This document shows positions 8,251-16,851 of a stretch of DNA of 64,000 nt, in pieces (position 1 is the stretch's first letter; every line of letters starts with the position of its first letter). Source of the DNA: an uncultured Thermoplasmatales archaeon (GTDB lineage Archaea; Thermoplasmatota; E2; DHVEG-1); NCBI GenBank assembly GCA_964410735.1, contig CAYPIF010000052.1:7132-71131 (forward strand), read 5' to 3'. The position numbers were made by a program, and so were the translations under genes. Under the pieces are notes generated by a model. That model was not told where the DNA came from, made no database searches, and worked only from the letters and a program-made list of their open reading frames with translations.

Positions 8251-10230
8251 GTGTCATTAAAAAAGGCAATTGTATCAAAAAGAATGGTGGTCGTATCCTT
8301 TTATCTTGCAAGTATTTTAGCGTTCACACCGGTATTTGGGGGAAACCCCGTAAGAGAGACCGCTAGTGATCAATACATGAATGAGCACATATCGTCACTT
8401 GCTCAGACCAGTGGTGAGATCAAGGAGATAACAATTAAACAGGTCTTCTCTTATCCAACGTTTGAGGTCCATGGTGAAACGGTAGCGGTACGGGTTTATG
8501 AGACCAATTTCAATATGGTCCGAGCTGGCTACCCAGTTATCCCCGCATCCATTTCAACATTCGAACTACCATTTGGTTCCATCATACAAGATATCTTTGT
8601 AGATCATTCAGATCCTGAGACGATCCCCTTGTCAGTTACTCTTCCAATAGGTCGATATAACTATGATGCATTATTCAGTAATCAACGATCATTAAATGGT
8701 GTTGTCTCGCTTGATGAGATATATCCAGAGGATTGGGTAACCAGTCATACAGGCGGTGGCCTCTCGGGAAAAGAACACACGACATTTTTAACAGTACGTA
8801 TGTACCCAGTGAGATATGATGGAAGCTTGCATGAACTTTTGTTTGTTCATACGATTAATATAACGGTTACCTATGAAGAACCAACGATTCCATTGATACA
8901 AGAAAATGATGTGTATGATCTTCTCATTATTGCTCCTGAAAAATTCTTATCTGATCTGGAACCCTTGATGACACATAAAAATAGTCATGGTGTTAACACA
9001 AAACTAGTCTCCACTAAAACGGTCTATGATGAAATGTTCTGGAACGGGCGGGATGAACAAGAAAAGATCAAATATTTTATCAAAAACGCAATCGAGACAT
9101 GGGGGATACGTCATGTGCTCCTCGTTGGAGGTCTTGATGGGCAAACTGATCAATGGAGCTTACCGGTCAGATATAGCCAGGTTGTTCCACCTGATGAACA
9201 GGAATATGCAGAGCAATCGTTCATTTCAGATCTCTACTATGCTGATATCTATGATAGCGTCGGTGGTTTTTCCAGCTGGGATTCAAATGATGATGACCAG
9301 TTCGCTGTGTGGAATGAGGTCTACAAAGATGAGATGGATCTGTATCCTGATGTGTTTCTTGGGAGATTACCCTGTAGATCATCTCAAGAAGTCTCTATCA
9401 TGGTCGATAAGATAATCACCTATGAGACGAACACTGACACTGATGATTGGTTTTATAATTATGTTATTGTCGCAGGAGATTCATATCCTGATGAAACAGG
9501 TTTCAACGAGGGAGAGCTTATCGGCGAAAGATCAGTAGAACTCATGCCTGATTTCACACCCCTTCGTGTTTATTCATCAATCGATGATATCAATAGGAAA
9601 ACAGTCAATGATGCGATGAACCCTGGAGCCGGTTTTGCGTATTTCTGTGGCCATGGAAGCCCTGGAAGCTGGAGTACTCATTTCCCACCAGATGGATTAG
9701 AATGGACCACAGGGTACAATCTACCTGATATGATACCGTTGCATAATCAAGAGAAACTACCGATAACCGTGGTGGGCGGGTGTCATAATGGTCAATTCGA
9801 TGTAGGTCTTACTAACATGCTCAAAGGAATAAAAGAATACGGGATCATGGGGTATTTCTTCACGCAACCATTCCGTTTCTATTATAATGAATGGGTGCCG
9901 AACTGTTGGGCCTGGTGGCTCACCAGCAAATCAAATGGCGGTGCGATCGCAACCATAGCAAATACAGGACTTGGTACCCATGGTGAGGGAGATCAGGATT
10001 ACAACGGAATCGCTGATTATCTTGAGGTCCTTGATGGATGGCTTGAGTTACGTTTCCTTGAGCTTTATGGTGAACTTGATCAGGATGATCTGGGTTTAAA
10101 TCATGCTCAGACGATGACAGAGTATCTTCACATTTTTTTAGGTAGCAACGAGAAGATGGATACGAAAATGGTCCAACAATGGGAACTATTTGGGGATCCA
10201 AGTTTAAAGATTGGTGGATATTTCAAATAA
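8251..10230 (+). CDS. Secreted clan-CD cysteine peptidase, C25 (gingipain)-like, paralog 1
   Basis: GTG start with GGGGGT SD 7 nt upstream and a signal peptide. Catalytic-dyad contexts are FAYFCGHGSPGSW (His) and ITVVGGCHNGQFD (Cys). A propeptide-like FELPFGSII block is present. The paralog at 48759..50717 shares the blocks FISDLYYADIYD, LYPDVFLGRLPCR, VDKIITYET and the C-terminal GDPSLKIGGY. Confidence 0.7.
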   Translation: MSLKKAIVSKRMVVVSFYLASILAFTPVFGGNPVRETASDQYMNEHISSLAQTSGEIKEITIKQVFSYPTFEVHGETVAVRVYETNFNMVRAGYPVIPASISTFELPFGSIIQDIFVDHSDPETIPLSVTLPIGRYNYDALFSNQRSLNGVVSLDEIYPEDWVTSHTGGGLSGKEHTTFLTVRMYPVRYDGSLHELLFVHTINITVTYEEPTIPLIQENDVYDLLIIAPEKFLSDLEPLMTHKNSHGVNTKLVSTKTVYDEMFWNGRDEQEKIKYFIKNAIETWGIRHVLLVGGLDGQTDQWSLPVRYSQVVPPDEQEYAEQSFISDLYYADIYDSVGGFSSWDSNDDDQFAVWNEVYKDEMDLYPDVFLGRLPCRSSQEVSIMVDKIITYETNTDTDDWFYNYVIVAGDSYPDETGFNEGELIGERSVELMPDFTPLRVYSSIDDINRKTVNDAMNPGAGFAYFCGHGSPGSWSTHFPPDGLEWTTGYNLPDMIPLHNQEKLPITVVGGCHNGQFDVGLTNMLKGIKEYGIMGYFFTQPFRFYYNEWVPNCWAWWLTSKSNGGAIATIANTGLGTHGEGDQDYNGIADYLEVLDGWLELRFLELYGELDQDDLGLNHAQTMTEYLHIFLGSNEKMDTKMVQQWELFGDPSLKIGGYFK

Positions 10231-10266
10231 TGATGCTCTTGGATACAACGATAGAATGGATGTTCG

Positions 10267-11823
10267 TTATAACGGTAACCAGTTTAGATATGGGAAATGA
10301 TAGTTGATCCATTGGATAAACGATATTTGGTGGTTTTTCGGCATGGTTACTTCTAGGGTTGCCCAGTTGCTTTCTTTGCCTTGTTCGTCCTTTGCTTTGG
10401 CTTTAAGGGGATAGGTTCCCTGGAACATCCAGGTATGCGCCAGAGTAAGCTCTGTTCCCGATTGGTATGGTCCCAGCCAACCGGTGTTTGTTCCGTCTCC
10501 CCAGTCGACATAATAATAGATATCCTCATTGTCTTGGTCCGTGGTTTCGAAGGTGTAGGTGTATGTTTCTCCTTTTTTTCCGTTTTGAGGACCGGTTATC
10601 CTGGGTGTTTCCGGTGGATTGTTTCCTTCTCCGAATGCGTAGACATAGCCATACTCGCCATTCGGGTAATCATTTATTGTTGCTCCGATGTATACTGTTC
10701 CGTCGGCTCCGATTGCCGGGGAGGAATCCACGCCATAGTTGCTGATTTCTTTTCTCCATTGTTCGGTGCCATCCGGGTTAATTGCGATGATGGTGCCACC
10801 TTGGCCTCCTTGTCTTGTTAATCCTATGTAGATAGTTCCTTCTTTTGATATTGCAGGCGCGGACTGGGTTGCGCCGAGATTGTCTTCGAAATCGAATATC
10901 CATTTTGTTGTTCCATCGGGGTTAAACGCGTAGATGCTGTGATCCGGGCAATAAATGGTTCCGTCCGCTCCTATCGCTGCGTTTGAATACGGGGAGCTGT
11001 TTATTTTATATCGCCATTTAAGGGTCCCATTTTGGTATAACGCATAGAAATAGTGATCATTGGATCCGATATATATGGTGCCATCGGGTCCGATGGTCGG
11101 GTTACCATGGATCTCATCCCCTGTTTTATACTTCCATTTCAATGTCCCGTTCGGATTCAGCGCATAGAGATAATGGTCGCATGAACCAATATACACCGTG
11201 CCATCTGTCCCGATCGCGGGAGCAGATGTTATCACATCACCGGTTTGATAATACCATTTCAGTGTTCCATCGGGGTTCAAGGCATAGACGCGGTATCCTT
11301 GATCCGGGGGGCTCATGGTTCCAAAATAAATGGTTCCCTCAGGTGCTATCGCCGGTGAAGAAACAATCGTTCCCGATGCATCGAAACTCCATTTCAATGT
11401 CCCATTAGGATTAAACGCATAGAAATCATGGCCGATAGAACCGATGTAAATCGTCCCATCCGCTGCAAGAGCCGGAGTAGACCATACCCCACCGGATAGC
11501 TTTACTCTCCAGTTCAACGTACCATTGGGGTAAACGGAATAAAGATACCAATCATAGTCACCGAAATACAGCATTCCATCAGTATCAATCGCTATCCCAC
11601 TCATCATCCGTCCAATGGTTTTGAACTTCCATAGTTCCACACCGTTGTTATCCTCGGTGCTATAGGTGCTTTGTCCTGTGTGTGAGATATCATGGCTTTG
11701 CATGGGCCATGGTGAATCCATCGGACCGTTTGTCTGTATCATTATGATTTCATCTGGTATTGCTGCTGATGAAACGGTAGAAAGAACAAAGATGCATAGT
11801 AGTATGATACTTGTTTTTTTAAT
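10267..11823 (-). CDS. Secreted PQQ-like beta-propeller repeat protein with C-terminal PKD domain; likely non-canonical start upstream of the annotated ATG
   Basis: Repeated DGT(I/V)YIGS.D..LYAL.PNGTLKW blocks (PQQ/BamB-like propeller). C-terminal PKD signature TYTYTFETTDQDNEDIYYYVDWGDGT. In-frame upstream of ATG 11742 is a textbook signal peptide (KKTSIILLCIFVLSTVSSAA) with no ATG/GTG/TTG before the in-frame TAA. A GGAGGG SD sits 9-12 nt upstream of in-frame CTG/ATT codons at 11821-11826. Confidence 0.7.
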   Translation of the reverse strand: MKKTSIILLCIFVLSTVSSAAIPDEIIMIQTNGPMDSPWPMQSHDISHTGQSTYSTEDNNGVELWKFKTIGRMMSGIAIDTDGMLYFGDYDWYLYSVYPNGTLNWRVKLSGGVWSTPALAADGTIYIGSIGHDFYAFNPNGTLKWSFDASGTIVSSPAIAPEGTIYFGTMSPPDQGYRVYALNPDGTLKWYYQTGDVITSAPAIGTDGTVYIGSCDHYLYALNPNGTLKWKYKTGDEIHGNPTIGPDGTIYIGSNDHYFYALYQNGTLKWRYKINSSPYSNAAIGADGTIYCPDHSIYAFNPDGTTKWIFDFEDNLGATQSAPAISKEGTIYIGLTRQGGQGGTIIAINPDGTEQWRKEISNYGVDSSPAIGADGTVYIGATINDYPNGEYGYVYAFGEGNNPPETPRITGPQNGKKGETYTYTFETTDQDNEDIYYYVDWGDGTNTGWLGPYQSGTELTLAHTWMFQGTYPLKAKAKDEQGKESNWATLEVTMPKNHQISFIQWINYHFPYLNWLPL

Positions 11824-11958
11824 CAGGAGTGTTTTCCCTCCAGTATATAATAATATTAGTATCTCATTTAAATATTTTTATGGAAAAGAAAAAATATTTA
11901 CTCATTACATCAATATATAAAAAAAGAAAAAAATGGAGAAGTAAAGAAATTATGAATT

Positions 11959-12144
11959 TTACTTCTTCTTTAAGTATGGAAGCCCAGTACGTTTGTTGAC
12001 ACCAACAGTATAGTTTGCTGGTTTGTCACAGGGTGTGCCACTCTTTGGTTTGTTCTTGCTGAAAAAATAGATGGTTTGGTTGCGTCCACCCTTAAGCTTC
12101 ACATCTCGTGTATATAATGTCCATCCTTCATAGGTGTAGGCCAT
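11959..12144 (-). CDS. Small conserved hypothetical protein (61 aa, basic C-terminus)
   Basis: ATG preceded by a near-perfect SD AAGGAGGTAG (12151-12160, reverse strand) at about 7 nt spacing. Confidence 0.5.
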   Translation of the reverse strand: MAYTYEGWTLYTRDVKLKGGRNQTIYFFSKNKPKSGTPCDKPANYTVGVNKRTGLPYLKKK

Positions 12145-12279
12145 TTTTTTCTACCTCCTTATGCCAAAACATATCTTGTGATTTAAATCTTTCCTTATTT
12201 TTCTCTATTATACCCTGTTTTTTCAGCCTTTTTTCAGGAAAAAGGTTTTTTCAGAGCAAAATAGTATATTTACTTTCAA

Positions 12280-13560
12280 TTATGACTCTTGAAGGTATTT
12301 TTCCACCATTTCAATCGCGCAGAGGTTTCCACACATGGTGCATGAACGGGTATCTTCTAAGGGGCTTCGTTGTTTTCGATAGCGTTTTGGTTTCTCTGGA
12401 TCAATGGCAAGATCAAACATGGTGTCCCAATCAAGATGTTCACGGGCATCACTGAACCGGTGATCAATGTCCCTATCAATTCGACGTCCTATATCTGCAG
12501 CATGTGCAGCTATCCGACAGGCAATGACCCCTTCACGAACATCATCAGCATTTGGAAGTGAAAGATGTTCCGCAGGTGTAACATAACAAAGGAAATCAGC
12601 TCCATGATATCCTGCGATGGCTCCACCAATCCCGGCAACAAGATGATCATAACCAGGTGCAATATCAGTAACTAGTGGTCCGAGCACAAAATACGGGGCT
12701 TCTTTTGTCACAACCTTCATCACCTCAATATTCGATTGGATATCGTTCAAGGGCATATGCCCCGGTCCTTCCATCATTGTTTGAACACCAGCTTTCCGCG
12801 CTCGTTCAATAAGCTCTCCGATGATAAGCATCTCCTGGAATTTCGCTCGATCATTGGAATCTGAAAGAGCACCGGATCTCATACCATCACCAAGGCTTAA
12901 GGTGACATCATATTTCTTCGCAAGTTCAAGTAGATAATCAAAATTCTTATACAAGGGATTCTCCAGATCATTATGAAGGATCCATGCCATATGGAAAGCG
13001 CCGCCTCTAGAGACCATTGGTATCAATCGATGCTGCCTTCGAAGTCTTTCAACACTTTCTTTTGTTACACCAACATGAACAACGGCAAAGTCAACACCCT
13101 GTTTTGCTTGTTCCTCAAAGGTATTGAACATATCATCCTCGGTCATGTCAATGATAGCACTATGTTTCGTTATTGCTTCAATACCAGTCTGATAAATTGG
13201 TACGGTTCCAAAGGGGACTTTTACAACCTTGAGAAGTTTTTTCCGTATGTTGTTAAGATCTCCTCCTGTTGAGAGATCCATCACTGCATGAGTACCTACC
13301 TGTTGAGCGATCTTTGCTTTCTCTATCTCTTCACTGACATCACAATGTTCCCTTGATGTACCCAGGTTTGCATTGACCTTGACGCGTAAACCTTTTCCGA
13401 TGCCGATCGGTTCAGGATGGTGAAGTGGATTATGAGGTATGACAATTTTGCCAGAAGCAACCCGTCTTTGAACGACTGCTGGATCACATGATTCAGTCTC
13501 AGCAACTTTTTTGATCTCCTTGGTCATGTGTCCTTGCTGAGCTTCAGATATTTGGGTCAT
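12280..13560 (-). CDS. thiC: Phosphomethylpyrimidine synthase ThiC (thiamine biosynthesis)
   Basis: 426 aa, with the ThiC-typical C-terminal CTMCGNLCAIE (CxxCx4C Fe-S motif) and conserved core blocks (VMDLSTGGD, FVLGPLVTDIAPGYDH). A GAGGGG SD lies before the ATG. Confidence 0.9.
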   Translation of the reverse strand: MTQISEAQQGHMTKEIKKVAETESCDPAVVQRRVASGKIVIPHNPLHHPEPIGIGKGLRVKVNANLGTSREHCDVSEEIEKAKIAQQVGTHAVMDLSTGGDLNNIRKKLLKVVKVPFGTVPIYQTGIEAITKHSAIIDMTEDDMFNTFEEQAKQGVDFAVVHVGVTKESVERLRRQHRLIPMVSRGGAFHMAWILHNDLENPLYKNFDYLLELAKKYDVTLSLGDGMRSGALSDSNDRAKFQEMLIIGELIERARKAGVQTMMEGPGHMPLNDIQSNIEVMKVVTKEAPYFVLGPLVTDIAPGYDHLVAGIGGAIAGYHGADFLCYVTPAEHLSLPNADDVREGVIACRIAAHAADIGRRIDRDIDHRFSDAREHLDWDTMFDLAIDPEKPKRYRKQRSPLEDTRSCTMCGNLCAIEMVEKYLQES

Positions 13561-13782
13561 GATGCTCCCCTCTATGAGACATTTCCTATTAAAACCTCAT
13601 GGGTAAACGGATATCGACACGCATCGAAGCAGTCTTTAGAAATCATAATAATTGGGATTGAGTTGGGTATTGATTGGGAATAAATCATATAAAATATGAC
13701 ATCATTATTTAATTAAACACCTTTTCCGACTATTGGTTGAAATACCTTGATTTTATCATAAAAGCTATAAACCTAGCGGTAA

Positions 13783-14037
13783 ATGCTTAACCTATCACGC
13801 TTAGGTGGTTATATGGCTTTAAATCGGGATAAAATTGAGGATAAGATAAAAGAGTTAAACGAGATTCGAAGGATTTACAAAAGAGATTTTGAAGATGTTG
13901 CGGAGGAGTTCAAGGCAGGTAAACTATCCAAAGATCATTTTGAAAAGAAGAAGGAAAGATACGAGAAACGAAAAGAAAAGATACGAAAGAAGATCCAGGA
14001 TTTTGAAGATAAGATGGCTGCTCTTGAAGGAAAGTGA
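13783..14037 (+). CDS. Small K/E-rich coiled-coil hypothetical protein (true start may be Met at 13813)
   Basis: ORF only; low-complexity charged heptads, no recognisable motif. Confidence 0.35.
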   Translation: MLNLSRLGGYMALNRDKIEDKIKELNEIRRIYKRDFEDVAEEFKAGKLSKDHFEKKKERYEKRKEKIRKKIQDFEDKMAALEGK

Positions 14038-14152
14038 TCTGAGCCAACAGCCCTCTTGATTACATTACCTTCCCGTAACCTTTAGTATCCAATATGCATA
14101 GTTTTATATCATGGGGTGGTATTCGGCCTGAGAATCATTTGGAGGCTTCAAA

Positions 14153-14392
14153 ATGATAAATGCCTATATCCTGGTTTCAATGCAACCAGGTAACTCCGAT
14201 AATGCAATTGAGGAAATGCGAAAGATTGAACATGTTGAGAAGATATCAGTCGTTGCTGGTGAATTCGATATCGTTATTCGGGTGAAGGTTGAAACTCTTG
14301 ATCAATTGCTTCAAGCTACAAACGCTATCCAAATGATCCATGGTGTCCAAAAAACAACAACTCAGGTCATCGAGAAAGAAATCGCATTATGA
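14153..14392 (+). CDS. Stand-alone RAM (Lrp/AsnC C-terminal ligand-binding) domain protein
   Basis: 79 aa. Pattern ISVVAGEFDIVIRVKVETLDQLL...IHGVQKTTTQVI matches the AsnC/Lrp C-terminal (RAM) fold. Its stop overlaps the next start (ATGA at 14389-14392). Confidence 0.65.
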   Translation: MINAYILVSMQPGNSDNAIEEMRKIEHVEKISVVAGEFDIVIRVKVETLDQLLQATNAIQMIHGVQKTTTQVIEKEIAL

Positions 14393-15636
14393 AAATAAGA
14401 ATACGGAAACGTTATCTGTTTTTTATTTTGGCTTTTTCTTCAGCCATCTTCAATTCCATAGGGTCAGCCTTCGATGCAATATCTCAATTATTCATACCTG
14501 ACCCTTGGGCTCTTGGGATTGCCTGTTTTGTCTTTGGTGTTATCGTCTCAGGTCTCATCTCATTGTTCTTGTCCATCCCGTTTAAGGGAAAAAGTCTTGG
14601 CGCACATACAATAGATCCTACCTTTAAACGGGTACGGTTATTAAAACGGCAAGAACTAAAATATCATTTGGTCGCTGGTTTTGGTAACGCGGTTCTCACT
14701 ATAGGTTATTTCTTCTTGTTATCGTTGATGTCGGGGGATGTTTCTGTTGTTCTCCCCTTTACCCAGGTCGTTATCCTGTATCTTGTCATCATCGAATCGC
14801 TCAGTGAAAAGGATACACCAACACTTGTTGAAGTACAGTCATCTGTCATTGTTACCTTTGGAGCGATCCTTGGTTCATTGACGTTGTCTGGAACTATCAA
14901 TCTCACTGCCCTTGCTATCGTGTTCCTTGTTATTAACCCTGGATGGGTTTTATTATCATTCTATCAACGAAAACTAAAGATGTTAAAGATCAATGATAGT
15001 CCTAATGATGCTATCAATATCCGTGTTTGGAATGTGATATTTGCTTGTCTTTTTACCTTTATCATCGTCTTTGTTTTCGACTTGTTCATGGGTACACATC
15101 ATGTACAAGCTGGAATTCAGTCAAGCATCAATGAATATTTCTGGGTATTGATACTTGCTATATCTACCTATTTTGCGTTTGTCTTCTATATACGAGCATT
15201 AGGTATTGGAAAGGCTAGTGTCACCCAGGCTGTGAAAGCATCGGTGATCGTGTTTAGCCTCCCCGTTTCCATCGTCTTAGGATATTACGGTATAAGCCCA
15301 GCGTTTACAACTGATCCAGTGATGCTTGTCATCAAGATGATGGGTATCGTTCTAATGCTTCTTGGGATACTCTCTTTTGCGCTCACGCTTACCAAAGCGT
15401 ATGTGTTCATCCGGATGAAACCAGGGTACGATATTGAACAGATCATGAAACAACTCTGGAATATCAAAGGTGTGAACAGAGTGACAGCGGTCGCAGGACC
15501 ATATGATTTCATCATTAAGATACATACCCGTACCCTTATCAAAGGATATGAACGGATACTAAGAAGAGTTGAATCTATAGAAGGTATCGATGAATCCAAA
15601 TGGCAATCGGTCCTTAAAGAATGGGAAGATATCTAA
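14389..15636 (+). CDS. Polytopic membrane protein (about 10 TM, DMT/EamA-like) fused to a C-terminal RAM (Lrp/AsnC-type) domain
   Basis: N-terminal about 330 aa is hydrophobic with about 10 predicted TM helices. C-terminal about 75 aa (VNRVTAVAGPYDFIIKIHTRTLIKGYERILRRVESIEGI) resembles the upstream stand-alone RAM protein. Translationally coupled to 14153..14392. Confidence 0.6.
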   Translation: MKIRIRKRYLFFILAFSSAIFNSIGSAFDAISQLFIPDPWALGIACFVFGVIVSGLISLFLSIPFKGKSLGAHTIDPTFKRVRLLKRQELKYHLVAGFGNAVLTIGYFFLLSLMSGDVSVVLPFTQVVILYLVIIESLSEKDTPTLVEVQSSVIVTFGAILGSLTLSGTINLTALAIVFLVINPGWVLLSFYQRKLKMLKINDSPNDAINIRVWNVIFACLFTFIIVFVFDLFMGTHHVQAGIQSSINEYFWVLILAISTYFAFVFYIRALGIGKASVTQAVKASVIVFSLPVSIVLGYYGISPAFTTDPVMLVIKMMGIVLMLLGILSFALTLTKAYVFIRMKPGYDIEQIMKQLWNIKGVNRVTAVAGPYDFIIKIHTRTLIKGYERILRRVESIEGIDESKWQSVLKEWEDI

Positions 15637-15700
15637 ACATAACAAATAACAAATACTCTTCATCATATCCCGTATATTATGCTGATAGTGAGGTTTTTGT

Positions 15701-16804
15701 ATGGTTGATGGTCGAATTGAGGCTTTGGCTCATATTCTGGTCGAGCATTCGTTAAATATCAAGAAGAATGATTTGTTCCTTATCTCTGGGTCCCCTGTTG
15801 CTGCACCATTAATTACAGCGGTCTACGAGCGTGCGTTAGAAAAAGGTGCTCATCCTCATGTACGATTAGGTTTGGAGGCATTAGCGGAGATCTATTATAA
15901 ACATGCAAACAAGGATCAACTTACCTTTCTCTCTCCTCTTGATGAATTTGAGACAAAAACAATTGATGCTCGATTAAGCATCCTCAGTCCGGAAAATACA
16001 AGATATATGAGCCATGTCGATCCCAAACAACAGGCGTTACGAAGTCGAGCTGCACAACCTATTCATGATATCTTCCTTAAAAGGGCAGCGTCAGGGGATC
16101 TTAGATGGTGTGTCACCCTCTTTCCAACAAATGCGTCTGCACAGGATGCTGAGATGTCCTTAAGAGATTATGAGGATTTTGTCTATCAAGCAGCACATGT
16201 TCAGGATGATGATCCAATTGGTTTTTGGAAATCGATGGGACAGGACCAACAAAAGATGAAGAACATACTAGAAAAGAAGAAGACCATTCAGATACTTGGA
16301 GAAGATACGGATCTAACGCTTTCTGTTGACAAACGAACATGGATACCTTGTTTTGGCAAAGAAAATTTTCCAGACGGTGAACTATTCACAGGGCCAGTGG
16401 AAACATCAGCTGAAGGATATGTTCATTTTCCCTTTCCATTGGTGTATGGTGGACGACGGGTCGATGATGTAAAGCTCTGGTTCGAAAAAGGTGTTGTTGT
16501 AAAGGCCACTGCTGCAAATGGTCTCGATTTCTTAGAATCAATGATACAGATGGATGAAGGATCAAATCGACTTGGTGAACTCGCATTTGGTCTGAATTAT
16601 GGTATCAAAGAATATACAAAGAATATTTTGTTCGATGAAAAGATCGGTGGGACCATGCATCTTGCTCTTGGAAACGGATATCCTGAGACCGGAAGCTCAA
16701 ATACCTCCGGGCTGCATTGGGATATGGTGATAGATCTTCGAAAGAAGGGTACGGTCCTTGCTGAGGGGGAACTGATTTTTGAAAATGGGTCGTTTGTTGT
16801 GTAA
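15701..16804 (+). CDS. M29-family aminopeptidase (AmpS/PepS, aminopeptidase T-like)
   Basis: Blocks DGELFTGPVE, RLGELAFGLN, LFDEKIGGTMHLALGNGY and HWDMVI align with conserved M29 aminopeptidase regions. Confidence 0.75.
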   Translation: MVDGRIEALAHILVEHSLNIKKNDLFLISGSPVAAPLITAVYERALEKGAHPHVRLGLEALAEIYYKHANKDQLTFLSPLDEFETKTIDARLSILSPENTRYMSHVDPKQQALRSRAAQPIHDIFLKRAASGDLRWCVTLFPTNASAQDAEMSLRDYEDFVYQAAHVQDDDPIGFWKSMGQDQQKMKNILEKKKTIQILGEDTDLTLSVDKRTWIPCFGKENFPDGELFTGPVETSAEGYVHFPFPLVYGGRRVDDVKLWFEKGVVVKATAANGLDFLESMIQMDEGSNRLGELAFGLNYGIKEYTKNILFDEKIGGTMHLALGNGYPETGSSNTSGLHWDMVIDLRKKGTVLAEGELIFENGSFVV

Positions 16805-16851
16805 TAGATGAAGTATAACCATTAAATAAACCTTGGTCATATCGATGTGAC

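Noticed and set aside
13561-13780. TPP riboswitch upstream of thiC
   Set aside because: The reverse-strand leader lacks the CUGAGA and ACCUGAUCUGGAUAAUGCCAGCG cores. The GAGGGGAGC element next to the ATG is explained as a Shine-Dalgarno.
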